From assembly GCA_965262715.1 (NCBI GenBank), contig OZ253553.1, forward strand, positions 1,536,001-1,600,000: a DNA stretch of 64,000 nt. Reading direction: 5' to 3'. The notes beneath the pieces were generated by a model that ran no database searches, had not been told where the DNA came from, and saw only the letters and a program-made list of their open reading frames with translations. The translations under genes and the position numbers were made by a program. Below, piece after piece: positions 63,367 to 64,000 of the stretch (position 1 is its first letter; every line of letters starts with the position of its first letter). Source of the DNA: Bdellovibrionales bacterium (lineage in GTDB: Bacteria; Bdellovibrionota; Bdellovibrionia; Bdellovibrionales; JAUICD01).

Positions 63367-63495
63367 GAGTCTCCTTACTAAAATGCATGGCTTTCTAGGC
63401 AATGACCTACTTGCCAAACGGCGTGAAGCCAGTTTGGGGACAATGCCAGAAAGTGACCAGAGGCTCGCCTCGAGAGGTCAGATGCATTTTAATGA
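63367..63495 (-). repeat. Family A copy 4, inverted relative to copy 3
   Basis: Outer stem 63377-63388/63482-63493; core ccagaggctcgcctcgagagg; inner ggcaatgacc/ggacaatgcc. Confidence 0.85.
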
Positions 63496-63536
63496 GACAA
63501 AGACCAGTTTATTTTAAGTGAGATAAGTACTACGTA

Positions 63537-63995
63537 ATGGATAAAATTTTTATTGCTGCAGATCATGCAGGTTTTAACCTTAAAGAAAAAATAAAAACAA
63601 ATATAGGTCAAACTTTGAGCCATATAAGTTTAATTGATTTAGGTGTTCATCTTTCTAATGGAAAACTTCAAAAAGTTGATTATCCAGATTATGCTTCCTT
63701 AGTTGCTCAAAAAGTCAATAGAAAAGAAGGGATGGGTCTCCTTATCTGTGGATCAGGTCAAGGAATGTGTATGAGAGCTAATAAATACCCTTATGTGAGA
63801 GCTGCACTCTGCTGGGACATACCCTCCACCATACTGGCAAGAGAGCATAATAATGCTAATATTTTATGTCTTGGAGCTAGATTATTACCATTAACTTTAG
63901 TTGATCAAATTATAAAAACTTTCTTTGAAACCTCATTTGATGAAAAATCAAGGCATCAAAAACGTGTTGAAAAAATCTCTCAAGGAATATCATAA
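63537..63995 (+). CDS. rpiB: Ribose-5-phosphate isomerase B
   Basis: ADHAG, DYPD, ICGSGQG and REHNNAN motifs. Confidence 0.96.
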   Translation: MDKIFIAADHAGFNLKEKIKTNIGQTLSHISLIDLGVHLSNGKLQKVDYPDYASLVAQKVNRKEGMGLLICGSGQGMCMRANKYPYVRAALCWDIPSTILAREHNNANILCLGARLLPLTLVDQIIKTFFETSFDEKSRHQKRVEKISQGIS

Positions 63996-64000
63996 CTTAG

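Overview
AT-rich bacterial chromosome segment. The gene content (gap-pgk-tpiA-secG, carD, rpoH-type sigma, sucAB-lpdA, queA/tgt-yajC-secDF, mevalonate-type GHMP kinases, uppS-cdsA without dxr, many secreted orphan proteins) suggests Bdellovibrionota; this is an inference. Housekeeping operons are broken up by accessory inserts: a HipA-type kinase/HipS-HTH pair, higBA, a brnT pseudogene with intact brnA, selU-selD, a type II R-M cassette between two IS903-like ends, an AAA/DUF4143 ATPase and secreted metalloprotease-like genes. The non-coding DNA is the most unusual part. It contains (i) a dispersed ~115-130 nt element in four copies plus one larger relative, with compensatory changes in nested stems and a fixed GCCTCTCGAGGCGAGCCTCTGG core, three copies lying just upstream of housekeeping genes in the same orientation; (ii) a second hairpin family with different stems but conserved junctions, one copy sharing a 15-bp inverted repeat with the frameshift region of the neighbouring gene; (iii) nested MITE-like relics. 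An 11-bp tandem repeat frameshifts a lytic transglycosylase at its catalytic motif. I saw no CRISPR array, tRNA or rRNA. All calls come from reading the sequence and motifs; no searches were run.
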